Assembly (NCBI GenBank): GCA_963803435.1 | Contig: CAWDML010000009.1 | Coordinates: 1,024,001 to 1,088,000 of the forward strand | From: an uncultured delta proteobacterium | Lineage (GTDB): Bacteria > Myxococcota > Kuafuiibacteriia > Kuafuiibacteriales > Kuafuiibacteriaceae | DNA length: 64,000 bases | Direction of reading: 5' to 3' | In this document: piece after piece, positions 34,747 through 50,356 of the stretch | Numbering within the stretch: position 1 is the first letter of the stretch | Layout: each line of letters begins with the position of its first letter | The notes under the pieces: model-generated | What the model was told of the DNA's origin: nothing | Database searches by the model: none | The model's input: only the letters and a program-made list of their open reading frames with translations | Program-made: the position numbers and the translations under genes

Positions 34747-34771
34747 TCCCTGAGCAGCGGGAGGCCCTCGA

Positions 34772-35203
34772 ATGACAACCCACATGGACACCGAAGCCTT
34801 CATGACGAAGGCCGAAGAAGCCGAGACCTACGACGAAGCCTTGTCGCTGGTGAGCGAAGCCATCGCGGCCCAGCTCCTCGAGGCGATGAAGGCCGCCCGT
34901 GTTCCGAAGGCGGAGAAGGCCGTCGAGTCGCTCCGCGCCTCGGGGCTCGATCGCCTGCTGGTCGAGGCCTGGGCCCGCGGCAAGATCACCTACAAGATGG
35001 TGGATGCGCACCTCAATCGGCTTCGCGGCGACATCAAGACCCGCGACCGCGCCGAGGTGGTGAAGCAAGGGATCCTGGCCTTCGACGGCGCCGCCCAGCG
35101 ACTGGCCCTGGTCGCCGGCCGGAACGGTCCGTTTGCCTATCCCCTCCGCAACAATCACGCCCGCGATTCGCTCATCACCTTCGCCCGGGCGCTCCATCGC
35201 TAA
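34772..35203 (+). CDS. Hypothetical helical protein
   Basis: SD GGAGG; GC-rich third codon positions. Confidence 0.7.
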   Translation: MTTHMDTEAFMTKAEEAETYDEALSLVSEAIAAQLLEAMKAARVPKAEKAVESLRASGLDRLLVEAWARGKITYKMVDAHLNRLRGDIKTRDRAEVVKQGILAFDGAAQRLALVAGRNGPFAYPLRNNHARDSLITFARALHR

Positions 35204-35231
35204 AACACGACCCTGTGTTAGCCTGAAGTCC

Positions 35232-36347
35232 GTGAGTCAGCGGATCGAGACGGACCACGCGCGCTTCAAGGCGATCGTCCGCGGGAAGATCAAGCAGAAC
35301 CTTCGGAAGTACATCCAGAAGGGCGAGATGATCGGCAAGCAGGGGAAGGACGTGGTCTCCATCCCGGTGCCGTCGATCGAGCTGCCCAAGTTCCGGTTCG
35401 GCCACAAGGACACCGGGGGTACCGGCCAGGGCGAGGGCGAGGTCGGCGATGTCCTCCAGCCGGGTCAGGTCGAGCCGGGGCAGGGCGAAGGCGCTGGGGA
35501 GTCGCCCGGCGAGCACATGCTCGAGGTCGACGTGACGATGGAGGAGCTCGCCGAGATGCTCGGCGAGGAGCTGGCGCTCCCGCGCATCGAGCCAAAGGGC
35601 AAGGAGCAGATCGAGGACATCAAGTACCGCTACACCGGCGTGAACACGAGCGGGCCTGAATCGCTCAGGCACTTCAAGCGGACCTTCAAGCAGGCGCTTC
35701 GCCGCACCATCGCCTCGGGCAAGTACGATCCGACGAACCCGATGGTCATTCCAACCCGACAGGACAAGCGCTACCGCACCTGGAAGGAGATCATCGAGCC
35801 TCAGTCGAACGCCGTCATTCTCTACATGATGGACGTGTCCGGCTCGATGGGTGACGAGCAGAAGGAGATCGTCCGGATCGAGTCCTTCTGGATCGATACC
35901 TGGCTTCGTTCCCAGTACAAGGGCATCGAGGCCCGGTACATCATTCACGACGCGATGGCGAAGGAGGTCGATCGCGAGACCTTCTTCCACACGCGCGAGT
36001 CCGGCGGCACCATGATCTCGTCCGCCTACAAGCTGTGCTGGAAGATCGTGGAGGAGGACTATCCGCCGTCGCAGTGGAACATCTATCCCTTCCACTTCTC
36101 GGACGGCGACAACTGGTCGGCGGATGACACCAACCAGTGCATCAACATCCTCAGGGACAGCGTGCTCCCGGCCGTCAACATGTTCTGCTACGGGCAGGTC
36201 GAGTCACCGTACGGCAGCGGCCAGTTCATCAAGGACCTCCGTGAGGCGTTCCCGAGCCCGCGGGAGGACCTGGTGGTCACCAGCGAGATCAAGGACAAGG
36301 AGGCGATCTACAACTCCATCCGCGACTTCCTCGGCCAGGGGTACTGA
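35232..36347 (+). CDS. yeaH: YeaH/YhbH (DUF444) vWA-domain protein
   Basis: [36 protein letters not shown]. Confidence 0.93.
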   Translation: MSQRIETDHARFKAIVRGKIKQNLRKYIQKGEMIGKQGKDVVSIPVPSIELPKFRFGHKDTGGTGQGEGEVGDVLQPGQVEPGQGEGAGESPGEHMLEVDVTMEELAEMLGEELALPRIEPKGKEQIEDIKYRYTGVNTSGPESLRHFKRTFKQALRRTIASGKYDPTNPMVIPTRQDKRYRTWKEIIEPQSNAVILYMMDVSGSMGDEQKEIVRIESFWIDTWLRSQYKGIEARYIIHDAMAKEVDRETFFHTRESGGTMISSAYKLCWKIVEEDYPPSQWNIYPFHFSDGDNWSADDTNQCINILRDSVLPAVNMFCYGQVESPYGSGQFIKDLREAFPSPREDLVVTSEIKDKEAIYNSIRDFLGQGY

Positions 36348-36358
36348 GCCCGGGCGCG

Positions 36359-39166
36359 GTGGTCGGCCTCTCGTCCACGGTCATCGATCGGATCCGGCGA
36401 CGCCTCGCGGACGGCCGAGCGGAGCTGGTGGCGCTCGCCGCGCGACTCTCGCCGAACGACGGGCTCGAGCTGGCCCAGAAGACCACGCGCCTGGCAGACG
36501 AGATCGTGGCGTCGCTGGTGCGCGCGGCGCAGGAGCAGCTCGGCAGCCCCGAGGGCTTGGCCCGAGCGGGCCCCGCGGTGACGGTGGTGGCGCTCGGCGG
36601 CTACGGCCGGGCCGAGCTGTGTCCGTACTCCGATCTCGATCTGCTGTTCCTCGTCGGCGACTCCGCGACGCCCTCGGTGCGTGCGCACGTCGACGCCGTC
36701 CTGTACGGCCTCTGGGATCTCCGCTTCGAGGTGGGTCACGCGGTCCGGACGATCGCCGAGACCATGGAGATCGCGACCACCGACCAGTCGGTGATGACCG
36801 CGCTGCTCGACGCGCGTCCCATCGCGATCGGCGACGGCGAGGACGAGGCAAGAAACGCGCTCTTCGAGGCGCTGGCGGCTGCGCTGGAGAACGAGCTGTT
36901 CGCGGGCCAGCGCTCCGCGACGTTGATCCGGCAGAAGCTCGAGGAGGCCGAACGCCGGCGCAGCCGCTTCGGCAACTCGGTTTATCTGCTCGAGCCCAAC
37001 GTCAAGGAGAGCGAGGGCGGGCTTCGCGAGCTCCATACGGCCATGTGGATCGCACAGGCCCGCTGGCGCGTGAAGGCGTTCCGAGACCTCTTACACATCG
37101 GCGTGCTCTCACCGCGTGAGGAGCGCGCGATCGAGCGGGCGTTCGGCTTCCTCCTCCGGGTGCGCGCCGAGCTGCACCTCCTGGCGGGGCGGCGGCAGGA
37201 CAGCCTCAGCTTCCAGCACCAGGAGGCGATCGCCGAGAAGCTCGGCTTCACCAAACGCCCCGAGGATCCGGCCGGACGCAAGGCCGGCGTCGAGCGCTTC
37301 ATGCGGGCCTATTACTTCAGCGCGCGGCAGCTCCGGATCCAGTCCCAGTCGATCGTCGAACGCGCCACCTCTCACCACGTGCGGCGCGCGGTGCAGCTGA
37401 GCGCGCCGGGCGGCTTCAAGCTCTGGCAAGGGATGCTCACGGTCGCCAAGCGCTCGCACTTCGAAGAGGACCCCACCGCCCTGGTCCGGATCTTCAAGGT
37501 GGCTCAGGAGGAGTCGCTCGAGATCTACAGCTACACGAAGGACCTGGTCTCGACCTCGAATCGGCTGCTCGACGCGCGCGTCCGGCGCGATCCCCGGGTG
37601 GTGGGCGCGTTCCTGGAGATGCTGGAGGATCCCAAGGCCGACGGCGCGATGCTGGATCTGATGCACGATCTCGGGATCCTGCGGCGGTTGATCCCGGAGG
37701 TGTCACGCATGACGGCACGCTGGCAGCACTCGCTGTATCACGTGTACACCGTCGACGCGCACTCGATCTTCGTCGTGAAGAAGCTGAAGCGCCTGCGCGC
37801 GGGCGGCTTCTCGGAGACCGAGCAGGAGCAGGAGATGACGCGGCTCATGAGCGAGCTGCCGCGCCCCGAGGTCCTGTACATGGCCGCATTCCTCCACGAC
37901 GTCGGCAAGGGCTGGCGTCAAGGCGATCATTCGGAGCGCGGGGCCTGGGTGGCGCGGACGGTGGGCGGGCGCTTCGAGGCGGCGGCGCTCCCGGTCTGGC
38001 GGCGCGAGGAGACCGAGGATCTCTCGTGGCTGGTGAAGGAGCACCTGACGATGTCGACCATGTCGCAGCGGCGCGACGTCGGGGATCGGGCGCTGCTCGA
38101 GACCTTCGCGGATGACGTACGGACCGTCGAGCGGCTGACCATGCTCTACCTGCTGACCTTCGCAGACATGCGCGGGACGTCGCCGAAGGTCTGGACCGAG
38201 TGGAAAGGCTCGCTCCTCTCGCAGCTCTACCACAACACGCGCGCCGTGCTCGAGTCCGATCGCCGCGGGGACGCGGCGGCGGAGGGGCACGAGCTGGCGA
38301 GGCGGAAGCGTGCCGAGTCGGAGCTGAGGGCGCTCGCGGTCTCGCCGACGACGGCTCGTGAGTTCACGCACCGGACCCCCACGCGCTACATCATGAGCTT
38401 TCTCCCGCAAAAGATGGCCCGCCACGTCTCCATGTGGCTCGACGTCTCTCTGCGCGGCGGGTTCGCGATCCGCGTCAGCCACAAGCGCCGCGACGACGTC
38501 ACCGAGCTGACGATCGCTTGCCCGGATCGACCGCGCCTCCTGGCCTCGCTCGCCGGCGCCCTGGCGGCGAACAGCCTCCAGATCCTGTCCGCGCAGGTGT
38601 TCTCGGTGGACGCGCTTCCGGAGCGATTCCACGACGACAGCGGCTCGACCGCGGCCTCCGACTACGAGCTGATCGGCGAGGGCGCGCGCTGGTTGGGAAA
38701 GATCGCCCTCGACGTGCTCTACGTGAAGGACGCCGACGGCCGCATCTGCGACGACCCGGGCCGCTGGGATCACGTCCGGCGCGATCTCGAGAGCGTCTTC
38801 CAGGGCGGTGCCGACGTGGAGGCCCTCATCGACGCCCGCGTTCGCGGCTCGACCCTGGCCCAGAAGCATCGGCCCGAGGTCGAGACCAAGCTGGTGATCG
38901 TGAACGACGCCAGCGCCACCGAGACCGTGATCGACGTGTTCTGCCAGGACCACCTGGGCGCCCTCCACACCATCGCCAAGGCGCTCTCCGACCAGGGGCT
39001 CTCGATCTCGCTGGCGAAGATCTCGACCGAGGGCAACCGCATCGCCGACGGCTTCTACGTCACCGATGCGGCGACCGGGGCGAAGATCGAGGATCCGGCG
39101 CGCTTCGAGGCGATCAAGGTCGCGGTGAAGGGTGCGATCGATCAGGCTGTGGGGAGCAGACGATAG
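36359..39166 (+). CDS. glnD: [Protein-PII] uridylyltransferase
   Basis: GGYGRAELCPYSDLDLL, EPNVKESEGGLR, YHVYTVDAH, LHDVGKG, two ACT domains. Confidence 0.95.
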   Translation: MVGLSSTVIDRIRRRLADGRAELVALAARLSPNDGLELAQKTTRLADEIVASLVRAAQEQLGSPEGLARAGPAVTVVALGGYGRAELCPYSDLDLLFLVGDSATPSVRAHVDAVLYGLWDLRFEVGHAVRTIAETMEIATTDQSVMTALLDARPIAIGDGEDEARNALFEALAAALENELFAGQRSATLIRQKLEEAERRRSRFGNSVYLLEPNVKESEGGLRELHTAMWIAQARWRVKAFRDLLHIGVLSPREERAIERAFGFLLRVRAELHLLAGRRQDSLSFQHQEAIAEKLGFTKRPEDPAGRKAGVERFMRAYYFSARQLRIQSQSIVERATSHHVRRAVQLSAPGGFKLWQGMLTVAKRSHFEEDPTALVRIFKVAQEESLEIYSYTKDLVSTSNRLLDARVRRDPRVVGAFLEMLEDPKADGAMLDLMHDLGILRRLIPEVSRMTARWQHSLYHVYTVDAHSIFVVKKLKRLRAGGFSETEQEQEMTRLMSELPRPEVLYMAAFLHDVGKGWRQGDHSERGAWVARTVGGRFEAAALPVWRREETEDLSWLVKEHLTMSTMSQRRDVGDRALLETFADDVRTVERLTMLYLLTFADMRGTSPKVWTEWKGSLLSQLYHNTRAVLESDRRGDAAAEGHELARRKRAESELRALAVSPTTAREFTHRTPTRYIMSFLPQKMARHVSMWLDVSLRGGFAIRVSHKRRDDVTELTIACPDRPRLLASLAGALAANSLQILSAQVFSVDALPERFHDDSGSTAASDYELIGEGARWLGKIALDVLYVKDADGRICDDPGRWDHVRRDLESVFQGGADVEALIDARVRGSTLAQKHRPEVETKLVIVNDASATETVIDVFCQDHLGALHTIAKALSDQGLSISLAKISTEGNRIADGFYVTDAATGAKIEDPARFEAIKVAVKGAIDQAVGSRR

Positions 39167-39167
39167 C

Positions 39168-40676
39168 TCAATTCGAGAAGCCCTCGAGCGCGTAGTGCGC
39201 CTCGATCCGCTTGAGGGCCAGGATCATCGCGGCCAGGCGGGGCGGCACCTTCTTCCCGACCAGGAAGGGCCGGCTGTCGTAGTGCTCGGTCACGTTCTTC
39301 CGATCGGCGGCGATGTCGCGGATCAGCGCGTAGTTCGTCTTCACGGCCAGGGCGAGGCGGGTGTTCACCTCGTTCTTGGTCCAGTGCTCCATGCGCTTGT
39401 TCTGGATCCACTCGTAGTAGGAGACCGTCACGCCGCCGGCGTTGCCGATCACGTCGGGGACCAGGTCGATCCCTCGTTTCTCGAGCACGGCGTCGCCGTC
39501 GGAGGTGGTGGGGTGGTTGGCGCCCTCGGCGACCAGGCCCACTCGGAGGAGCTCGGCCACGCGCGCGTCGATCTCGTTGCCGAGCGCGGCGGGGATCAGG
39601 ACGTCGGCCTCGACGCGCCAGAAGTCGTCCTTCGAGATCGCCTCGGCGTGAGGGTAGCCGGCGACCGAGCGCTTCAGGTTCTTCGGGTTGCGGTGCACGT
39701 ACTGGGTGAGCTCGGCGATGTCGATGCCGTCGGGGTTGAAGATGGTGCCGTCGGCGTCGTTCACCGCGACCACGATCGCGCCCATCTCGCTGAGGATGGC
39801 GGCGGCGTTCGATCCCACGTTGCCGAAGCCCTGGAGCGTCAGGCGTGCCCCCCGGAGGCTCTTCTTCTTCTCGGTGAACCAGTCCTCGATGCAGTACGCG
39901 AGGCCCTGGCCTGTCGCCTCGGCGCGACCCTCGGAGCCGCCGATCCGCGGATCCTTGCCGGTGACCACACCGCGGAGCTTGTGCGGCTCGTCCTCGCCGT
40001 CGGTGTACTGGCGCAGCATCCAGGCCATCACCTCGGGGTTGGTGCCGACATCGGGCGCGGGGATGTCGAGGTTCGGGCCGATCACCCGCTTCACCTTGTA
40101 GACGTAGCGCAGCGTGACCTGCTCGAGCTCGACCCGGCTATGAAGGCGCGGATCGATCCGGATCCCGCCCTTGGCGCCGCCGAACGGGACGTTTGCGATC
40201 GCGGTCTTCCAGGTCATCTCGGACGCCAAGATCTTGAAGAGATCGAGCGAGACGTCCTGGTGATAGCGAACGCCCCCCTTGTAGGGCCCGCGGGCCTGGT
40301 TGTGCTGGATTCGATACGCCTTGAAGCGCTCGGTCTTGCCCTGGTGGATCTCGAACAGCCCCATGCCGGCGATGCGGATGACGCCGTTCTGGGTGGACAC
40401 CGAACCGGTGCGCAACGCGCTCGGCTCGAGGATGCAGCAGCCGTCGTAGAGCGGGACCGTGGTGCCGGGCTCGATGCGAGACTCGGGCAGATTCGCGTAG
40501 CGGTCCTCCTGGTCCTTGGGGACGCGGACCAGGCGATCCTGGAGCCGCGCGGTCACGTAGAAGATGTGCTCGTAGTCGGGCTCTTCCAGCTCGAGGCGTA
40601 CCCGATGATCGAGCGCGATCAGGTCGGCCGCCTGATGAAAGATCTTCATCGCGTCCTGATAGATGGACATGGCCAA
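39168..40676 (-). CDS. gdhA: Glu/Leu/Phe/Val dehydrogenase (glutamate dehydrogenase)
   Basis: GPYKGGVRYH, PFGGAKGG, DIPAPDVGT, QGFGNVG, EGAN.P, NAGGVTVSYYEW. Confidence 0.92.
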   Translation of the reverse strand: MAMSIYQDAMKIFHQAADLIALDHRVRLELEEPDYEHIFYVTARLQDRLVRVPKDQEDRYANLPESRIEPGTTVPLYDGCCILEPSALRTGSVSTQNGVIRIAGMGLFEIHQGKTERFKAYRIQHNQARGPYKGGVRYHQDVSLDLFKILASEMTWKTAIANVPFGGAKGGIRIDPRLHSRVELEQVTLRYVYKVKRVIGPNLDIPAPDVGTNPEVMAWMLRQYTDGEDEPHKLRGVVTGKDPRIGGSEGRAEATGQGLAYCIEDWFTEKKKSLRGARLTLQGFGNVGSNAAAILSEMGAIVVAVNDADGTIFNPDGIDIAELTQYVHRNPKNLKRSVAGYPHAEAISKDDFWRVEADVLIPAALGNEIDARVAELLRVGLVAEGANHPTTSDGDAVLEKRGIDLVPDVIGNAGGVTVSYYEWIQNKRMEHWTKNEVNTRLALAVKTNYALIRDIAADRKNVTEHYDSRPFLVGKKVPPRLAAMILALKRIEAHYALEGFSN

Positions 40677-40682
40677 CGGCTA

Positions 40683-41570
40683 TCACTTGCGACGGCGGGG
40701 ACGAACTCTCTTCTTCTTGTGACGGTGCGGGCGTCGATCCGCAGGCGCACCCTCGAGACGCGCCGCTTCGAGGTACCCGACGGTGCCCTTCTCGGAGACC
40801 GCCAGCACCCAACCCTCGGGCGCGGGGAAGTCCGTGTAGACCGTCACCTGGGAGCGGGCGCGCAGATGGGCGGCCGCGTTGTAGCGGATGTCCGGACGGA
40901 CGTAGAGCACCGCGCGGACCGGGAGCTCGCGGAGGACCGGCTCCGGAGCGGGCGCGGGCGGGGGCTCGGGCGTGCGCTCGACGGCCGGAGCGGGCGGCGT
41001 GACCGGTTGGAGGTCGGGCATGGGCGTCACGGGGGGCGCGGCGGGCTCGGCGATCGCAGTGGAGATCGGCGAGATGGCGACCGGACCGTGAGCGGCGCTG
41101 TTGAGCGCCAGGAGGAGGCCGACCAGGAAGGCTGCGCCCAGGTACGGCGCCGCGACCCACATGAGCTGCTTGCGCCGCGGCAGGGACTCGAACCGACGCA
41201 GCGCGCTGCGGCTGGAGTCGTGGAGGACCACGACCGCGTCCTTGAGGTCGTTGGACATCCGGCGCGCCATGGCCCCGACCTTCCAGAGCGTGTCGCCGCG
41301 GGCCCGAACGATCTCCGCGACCACCGAGTCTTCATTGCGGACGCGCGGGGCGAGATCGGGGCGCAGCTGGGTGGGCTCGTTCGGACGGGGTTCGCCCATC
41401 CCATCGATCGACTCCCAGGATCGCTTCGATCCTTCGGGGCCGAAGGGCCAGGGCACGCGCTCGGTCTCCTTGGGCACCAGGGAGAGGTGAGGGGGCGCGC
41501 TGCGCGATGTGGGTCGCTCGCTCCCCTGATCCTTCCACGGCCGAGCCATCCCGGGGCAGTTGGTCAGCAA
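40683..41570 (-). CDS. Membrane protein with Pro-rich linker and SH3-like C-terminal domain
   Basis: TM segment; LYVRPD...GWVLAV..GTVGYL pattern; start uncertain. Confidence 0.65.
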   Translation of the reverse strand: MLTNCPGMARPWKDQGSERPTSRSAPPHLSLVPKETERVPWPFGPEGSKRSWESIDGMGEPRPNEPTQLRPDLAPRVRNEDSVVAEIVRARGDTLWKVGAMARRMSNDLKDAVVVLHDSSRSALRRFESLPRRKQLMWVAAPYLGAAFLVGLLLALNSAAHGPVAISPISTAIAEPAAPPVTPMPDLQPVTPPAPAVERTPEPPPAPAPEPVLRELPVRAVLYVRPDIRYNAAAHLRARSQVTVYTDFPAPEGWVLAVSEKGTVGYLEAARLEGAPADRRPHRHKKKRVRPRRRK

Positions 41571-41642
41571 GGGCCGATCCCAGTGGAAAGCCTGACCATT
41601 CCCTGCCCACTTGGGGGTCGAGAGTCGCCGATGTTGGAGTGT

Positions 41643-43835
<2,193 letters not shown>

Positions 43836-43891
43836 TCGCGAATGGTATGACCGTCCCGCGCCAATGTCTCCCCGTGGTATGACGGTGGCCG

Positions 43892-45868
43892 GTGCAGGTC
43901 GCGCGCGACGGTGCTCACTCGGATCGGCCGACGATCCGCGACGTGCTCGGGCCTGGAGGCCTCTTGGCTCGAGTGCTCCCCAGCTTCGAGCATCGCGACG
44001 CGCAAATCTCGATGGCCGAGGCGATCGGCGACCGGATCGCGCGGGGCGAGACCGCCGTGATCGAGGCGCCCACCGGGGTTGGCAAGACGCTCGCCTACCT
44101 GGTCCCGGCGCTGCTCTCGCACAAGCGTGTGGTCGTCTCGACGAACACGAAGAACCTTCAGGATCAGATCGTCGAGAAGGATCTCCCGATGGTGGCCCGG
44201 GCGCTGGCGGAGGCGGGGATCCGTCTGATCCGCGGAGACGACGAGGACGGAGACCGCCGCTTCGCGCTGATGAAGGGGAGGGCGAACTATCTCTGCCTCG
44301 ATCGCTTGGACAAGCGGCGCGTGCAGCAGACGTTTGACTTCGAGAACGGCGATCTCCTGGGCGAGATCGCGACATGGTCGAGGTCGACGCCGCGCGGCGA
44401 TCGGGCGGAGCTCACCGGTCTCCCGGAGCGCTCGTCGCTCTGGGACGAGCTCGATGCGCGCTCCGAGCGCTGCACCGGCGCACGCTGCCCGCGGTACGAG
44501 GAGTGCTTCGTGGTCCGGATGCGCCGGGAGGCGGAGGCGGCGGACCTGGTGGTCGTCAATCACCACCTCTTGTTCGCGGACCTGGCGATGAAGGCGCGGG
44601 CCCGCCTCGTCGCGGGCAGGACCTTCGGCGAGGTGATCCCGCGGGCCGACGTCCTGATCCTCGACGAGGCCCATGCGGTGGAGGAGATCGCGGCCGAGTA
44701 CTTCGGAGGCTCCGCCTCGAGCGGCAAGCTCGAGCGGCTCGAGCAGGACCTGCGGGCGCACCCTGCGCTCGCGGTCGAGGCCAATCGCGCGGTGTCGGCC
44801 GCGGGCAAGGTGTTTGGCGCGCTGCCGCGCGACGAGGGTCGGATCCGGATCTCGAACGCGCCGCATCGTGCGATCGACGCGGCACGCCGGCTGCTCCCGG
44901 CGGCCCTCGACGCGCTGGCCGAGCTGGCCGATCAGCTCGGGCGGGCCCAGACGATCGACGCCGAGTCGCTCGCGGATCGGGCGCGCGCGCTCGCCGACGG
45001 CCTGCGCTTCGTCCTGTCGGCCGAGGATCCCGACTACGTCTACTGGATCGAGCGGGACCCGCGCCGTGCGACGCTCGGCGCCTCTCCGATCGAGGTCGGT
45101 CACCTCCTCGAGACCCATCTGTTCGAGCAGTTCGACAGCGCGATCCTCACCAGCGCTACGCTATCGGCGGACCGGGACTGCGGCTACTTTCGCCGAACGA
45201 TCGGCGCTCCAGCGGACGCCCGCGAGCTGCTGCTCGACTCGCCGTTCGACTATGCCTCCCGCGCCGCGCTCTACCTGCCGGCCGACGCGCCCGATCCCTC
45301 CGCCTTCGACGCGGCCGACCGCATCGCTGCGCTCGGCCGCGCCCTGATCGAGCTGGTGGGTGGCGGCGCGCTGTTTCTCTTCACCAGCCATCGCATGATG
45401 CGCTCGGTCCACGCGCGCCTGGCTGGTGTGCTCCCGTACCCCGTCCTGCTCCAGGGCGATCGGCCACGCCATCACCTGCTCGCCGAGTTCATCCAGCGGA
45501 GCCCGGCGGTCTTGTTTGCCACGGCCAGCTTCTGGGAGGGCGTCGACGTGCCCGGCGATCCGCTGAGGCTCGTGTTGATCGATCGCCTCCCGTTCGACCC
45601 ACCGACGGATCCGCTGGTGGTGGCCCGCTCGGAGCGCTGCGCGAGCGAGGGGAAGAACGCGTTCGTGGAGCTTCAGCTCCCGCGGGCGATCCTGCGCCTC
45701 AAGCAGGGCTTCGGGCGCCTACTCCGACATCGCGGGGATCGGGGCGTCGTCGCGATCCTGGATCGCCGGATCAAGACCAAGAGCTACGGCCGCCGCTTTC
45801 TCGACGCGCTGCCCGAGGCGCGCCCGATCCACGACCTGGAGGCGCTCCGAGCGTGGTGGGAAGCGTGA
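43892..45868 (+). CDS. DinG/YoaA family Fe-S DNA helicase
   Basis: EAPTGVGKT, KGRANYLC plus CxxxxCxxxxxC, DEAH, LTSATL, FWEGVD, QGFGRL. Confidence 0.93.
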   Translation: MQVARDGAHSDRPTIRDVLGPGGLLARVLPSFEHRDAQISMAEAIGDRIARGETAVIEAPTGVGKTLAYLVPALLSHKRVVVSTNTKNLQDQIVEKDLPMVARALAEAGIRLIRGDDEDGDRRFALMKGRANYLCLDRLDKRRVQQTFDFENGDLLGEIATWSRSTPRGDRAELTGLPERSSLWDELDARSERCTGARCPRYEECFVVRMRREAEAADLVVVNHHLLFADLAMKARARLVAGRTFGEVIPRADVLILDEAHAVEEIAAEYFGGSASSGKLERLEQDLRAHPALAVEANRAVSAAGKVFGALPRDEGRIRISNAPHRAIDAARRLLPAALDALAELADQLGRAQTIDAESLADRARALADGLRFVLSAEDPDYVYWIERDPRRATLGASPIEVGHLLETHLFEQFDSAILTSATLSADRDCGYFRRTIGAPADARELLLDSPFDYASRAALYLPADAPDPSAFDAADRIAALGRALIELVGGGALFLFTSHRMMRSVHARLAGVLPYPVLLQGDRPRHHLLAEFIQRSPAVLFATASFWEGVDVPGDPLRLVLIDRLPFDPPTDPLVVARSERCASEGKNAFVELQLPRAILRLKQGFGRLLRHRGDRGVVAILDRRIKTKSYGRRFLDALPEARPIHDLEALRAWWEA

Positions 45869-45953
45869 CGCCGTGCCGCGACCGGTGTGGGCGCAAATCG
45901 CATCGTTGCGTCGATGACGAACCATGGTACGCGGATCGGAGGAGGGGGCTCCG

Positions 45954-48359
<2,406 letters not shown>

Positions 48360-48368
<9 letters not shown>

Positions 48369-50246
48369 ACGCCGGCGCGACACGGCCAGCCACATCCCCG
48401 TCTTCGGCGGGATCGTCAGCTCGATCTTTCCCTCGGCGTTGGGGCCGGGGAGCTTCCGTGACGGGTTGATCAGATCGCGCAGGTGGTTGCCGTGGAGGGT
48501 GCGCGTGTCGAGCTCGACCTTTGCCGGCTCGTCACTGAAGTTGAACAGGCAGAGGGCGCGACGATCGCCGAGCGTGCGCGTGAAGCCGAGGATGTCCTCG
48601 TTCTTGACGTCCACCACCTTCAAGCGCCCGAGCGCGAGCTCGGTGCGGACGCGCCGCAGCGTGAGGAGGTTCTGGACGTAGTGGAGGAGTGAGCCCGGAT
48701 CCTTCAGCTGATCCTCGACATTGACGTCGGCAGGCGCGAAGGGCTTGGCCGTCAGGAGCGGCGCCGCCAGCTTCTCGCTCGGCGCGGTGGAGAAGCCGGC
48801 GTTCGGCGCGGTGCCGCTCCACTGCATCGGCGTGCGGACGGTGTGCCGGTCCGGAAGATCGAGGTTGTCGCCCATCCCGATCTCGTCGCCGTAATACATC
48901 ACCGGGCTGTCGAGCGAGAGCAGGAGCGTCTGGGCCAGGCGTAGCTTCTCCGGATCGTTGCCGAGCAGCGGCGCCAGCCGGCGGCCGATTCCGACGTTGC
49001 GTCGCGCCCGCGGGTCCTGGGCGTAGTGGGCGTACATCTCCGTGCGCACGTCATCGGTCACCATCTCGAGGGTGAGCTCGTCGTGGTTGCGCAGGAAGCC
49101 GGGCATCGAGCAGTCGTCCGGGATCTTCGGCTTGGTCGCGAGCACGTTGGTGAGGCCCATCGACTTGCCCTCGAACCCCTTGGCCGTCCCGGTGGCGAAG
49201 GCGGCGTAGATCTCCGGCATCAGGTTGAAGTCGTAGGCCATGTGGCACTCGTCGCCCTTACCGAAGTACTTGACGACGTCGTCGCGCGGCTGGTTGGCCT
49301 CGGCGAGGAGCGCGATCTTGCGGTCCGGGCTGCGCTCCTCGACGAACGCCCGCAGGCGCTTCACGAACGCATGCGTCTCGTCGAGGTTCTCGCAGTTCGT
49401 GCCGTCGCGCTCGACCAGATAGGGAATCGCGTCCAGACGGAAGCCGTCGACGCCCTTGTCGATCCAGAAGCCGAACACCCCGCAGAGCGCGTCCTGGACC
49501 GCCTCGCAGTCGAAGTTGAGATCGGGCTGATGCGAGAAGAACCGATGCCAGTAGAACTGCTTGGCCTGCTCGTTCCAGGTCCAGTTGGACCTCTCGGTGT
49601 CGACGAAGATGATCCGCGCGTCGGAGTACTTCCCGTCGTCATCGCTCCAGACGTACCAGTCGCGCTCCTTCGAGCCGGAGGGCGCCTCCACCGCGCGCTT
49701 GAACCAGGGGTGCTGATCCGACGTGTGGTTCAAGGCCACGTCCATGATCACCTTCATCCCGCGGGCGTGGGCTTCGTGGATCAGGTGCTGCAGGCTCTCG
49801 AGATCGCCGTACTGCGGGAGGGTCGAGAAGTAGTCGGAGACGTCGTAGCCGTCGTCCTTGAGCGGCGACTTGAGGAACGGGTTCAGCCAGATGCAGTCGA
49901 CGCCGAGCCACTGCAGGTAGTCGAGCTTCTTCCGGACGCCGTCGAGGTCCCCGATGCCGTCGCCGTTCGAGTCGCAGAACGAGCGAACCAGCACCTGATA
50001 CGTGACCGCTCTCTTCCACCAGGGCGCGCGGTCAATCGTCTCCTGCGCGGAAGCCTTCTTGCTACGCTGGAGCCACGCGCGACCGACCTGATCCGGGCCC
50101 GCGACCGGGTCGTGGGCCCGCGTGCGCGTCGCCGGGAGGTCGGGCGTGATCAGGCGGCGTCGCGTCCGTGCAGCGGGCTGCGGGGTGGGGCCATGGCCGA
50201 CGGTCGAGGTTTCGCCTTGGCCGGCGCGCAGCAGCCGCATAGGCAT
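48360..50246 (-). CDS. treS: Trehalose synthase-like GH13 enzyme
   Basis: DSNGDGIGD, SPLKDDGYD, WHRFFSHQPDLN, FRLDA, EANQ, FLRNHDELTLEMV. Confidence 0.88.
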
Positions 50247-50356
50247 GTTATCGAGCCGAAGAGTCGCGCGTTGCGCCGACCGTGGGAGGATGTAACCTGC
50301 CTAACAACTCTTGGTTTTGACCGGCTTTCTCCAACGAACTGGAGTATGGCCTCCCC

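Noticed and set aside
40340-40550. Intein in gdh
   Set aside because: The insert is too short and lacks the N-terminal Cys/Ser and C-terminal His-Asn splice motifs.
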